NCBI GenBank assembly: GCA_051294375.1
Contig: JBJCIZ010000238.1
Location: 1 to 7,943 of the forward strand
Length of the DNA: 7,943 nucleotides
Source: Paraspadella gotoi
Lineage: Eukaryota > Animalia > Chaetognatha
Direction of reading: 5' to 3'
Part shown: piece by piece, positions 6,803 to 7,943 of the stretch
Layout of the letters: the number at the start of each line of letters is the position of its first letter
Position numbering within the stretch: position 1 is the stretch's first letter
The notes under the pieces: generated by a model
Told to the model about the DNA's origin: nothing
The model's database searches: none
What the model saw: the letters and a program-made list of their open reading frames with translations, nothing else
Translations under genes and position numbers: made by a program

Positions 6803-7528
6803 AAAGAAAAAGAAGAAAAGAATAGAAATGAAAGAAAGAATAGAAAGGAAAGAAAAAATAGAAAGGAAAGAAAGAATCGAAAGGAAAGAAAGAATATAAA
6901 GGAAAGAGAGAATAGAAAGGAAAGAAAGAAGAAAGAAAGAATAGAAAGGAAAGAAAAATAGAAAGAAAAGAAAGAAGAAAGAAAGAAATAAAAAAAGAAA
7001 TAGAAAGAAATAGAAAGGAAAGAAAGAAAGAAAGAATAGAAAGAAAAGAAAGAATAGAAAGAAAAGAAGGAATAGAAAGGAAAGAAAGAATAAAAAGGAA
7101 AGAGTGAATAGAAAGGAAAGAAAGAATAAAAAANNNNNNNNNNNNNNNNNNNNNNNNNNNNNNNNNNNNNNNNNNNNNNNNNNNNNNNNNNNNNNNNNNN
7201 NNNNNNNNNNNNNNNNNNNNNNNNNNNNNNNNNNNNNNNNNNNNNNNNNNNNNNNNNNNNNNNNNNNNNNNNNNNNNNNNNNNNNNNNNNNNNNNNNNNN
7301 NNNNNNNNNNNNNNNNNNNNNNNNNNNNNNNNNNNNNNNNNNNNNNNNNNNNNNNNNNNNNNNNNNNNNNNNNNNNNNNNNNNNNNNNNNNNNNNNNNNN
7401 NNNNNNNNNNNNNNNNNNNNNNNNNNNNNNNNNNNNNNNNNAGAATAGAAAGGAAAGAAAGAAAAGAAAAAAAAGAAAGAAAAGAAAAAAAAGAAAGAAT
7501 AGAAAGGAAAAAAAGAATAGAAAGGAAA
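6803..7528. repeat. A/G-rich minisatellite, 18-bp unit ~AAGAATAGAAAGGAAAGA
   Basis: Near-perfect units from ~6836 onward, continuing on both sides of the 7134-7441 gap; source of the NRKERK-repeat and FYSFF spurious ORFs. Confidence 0.9.
7134..7441. other. Assembly gap (308 N)
   Basis: N run inside the minisatellite. Confidence 0.99.
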
Positions 7529-7815
7529 NNNNNNNNNNNNNNNNNNNNNNNNNNNNNNNNNNNNNNNNNNNNNNNNNNNNNNNNNNNNNNNNNNNNNNNN
7601 NNNNNNNNNNNNNNNNNNNNNNNNNNNNNNNNNNNNNNNNNNNNNNNNNNNNNNNNNNNNNNNNNNNNNNNNNNNNNNNNNNNNNNNNNNNNNNNNNNNN
7701 NNNNNNNNNNNNNNNNNNNNNNNNNNNNNNNNNNNNNNNNNNNNNNNNNNNNNNNNNNNNNNNNNNNNNNNNNNNNNNNNNNNNNNNNNNNNNNNNNNNN
7801 NNNNNNNNNNNNNNN
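7529..7815. other. Assembly gap (287 N)
   Basis: N run. Confidence 0.99.
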
Positions 7816-7833
7816 TTTTTTTAATAAAAACGC

Positions 7834-7865
7834 AGAGAGAGAAAGAGAAAGAGAGAGAGAGAGAA
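7834..7865. repeat. Imperfect (GA)n microsatellite
   Basis: agagagagaaagagaaagagagagagagagaa. Confidence 0.9.
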
Positions 7866-7943
7866 GCAAATCGTTTTTGGACGAATCAGCAGAAGCAGCA
7901 GGCGAAAACCTTTTCATTGGCAAATAAACTGATCAGCAGAAGC

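Noticed and set aside
6743-7923. ORFs spanning the 18-bp minisatellite and N gaps
   Set aside because: Repeat translations and N read-through.
1-7943. CRISPR array, tRNA, rRNA or prokaryotic operon
   Set aside because: No constant repeats with unique spacers, no cloverleaf or rRNA similarity; the organisation is eukaryotic and non-coding.

Overview
Eukaryotic (animal-like) draft-assembly sequence, largely non-coding, AT-rich and rich in purine (GA/G/A) low-complexity tracts, with five N gaps. None of the supplied ORFs looks like a real protein; most are by-products of the repeats. The best-supported elements are: (1) a probable first coding micro-exon of a minus-strand gene leaving the left edge (acceptor, AAAAATG TCG, GTAAGT donor at 19-34); (2) two CpG-rich islands upstream of it; (3) a ~620 bp non-autonomous rolling-circle element with DINE-1/HINE (Helentron-type) terminal architecture (~3606-4228); (4) a ~215 nt GC-rich island of five consecutive hairpins ending in TTTT (4515-4730), a candidate ncRNA or SINE-like repeat that I cannot assign; (5) a CpG-depleted, stop-riddled three-exon gene relic with intact splice sites (6228-6675, minus strand) and a weaker one at 2781-3014; (6) several micro- and minisatellites, including a G-quadruplex-prone tract. 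Short predicted introns (45-47 nt) and a TTTCAG acceptor hint at a nematode-like genome, but this is inference. I see no clear evidence of a complete new biological system; the structured island is the most promising unexplained object.
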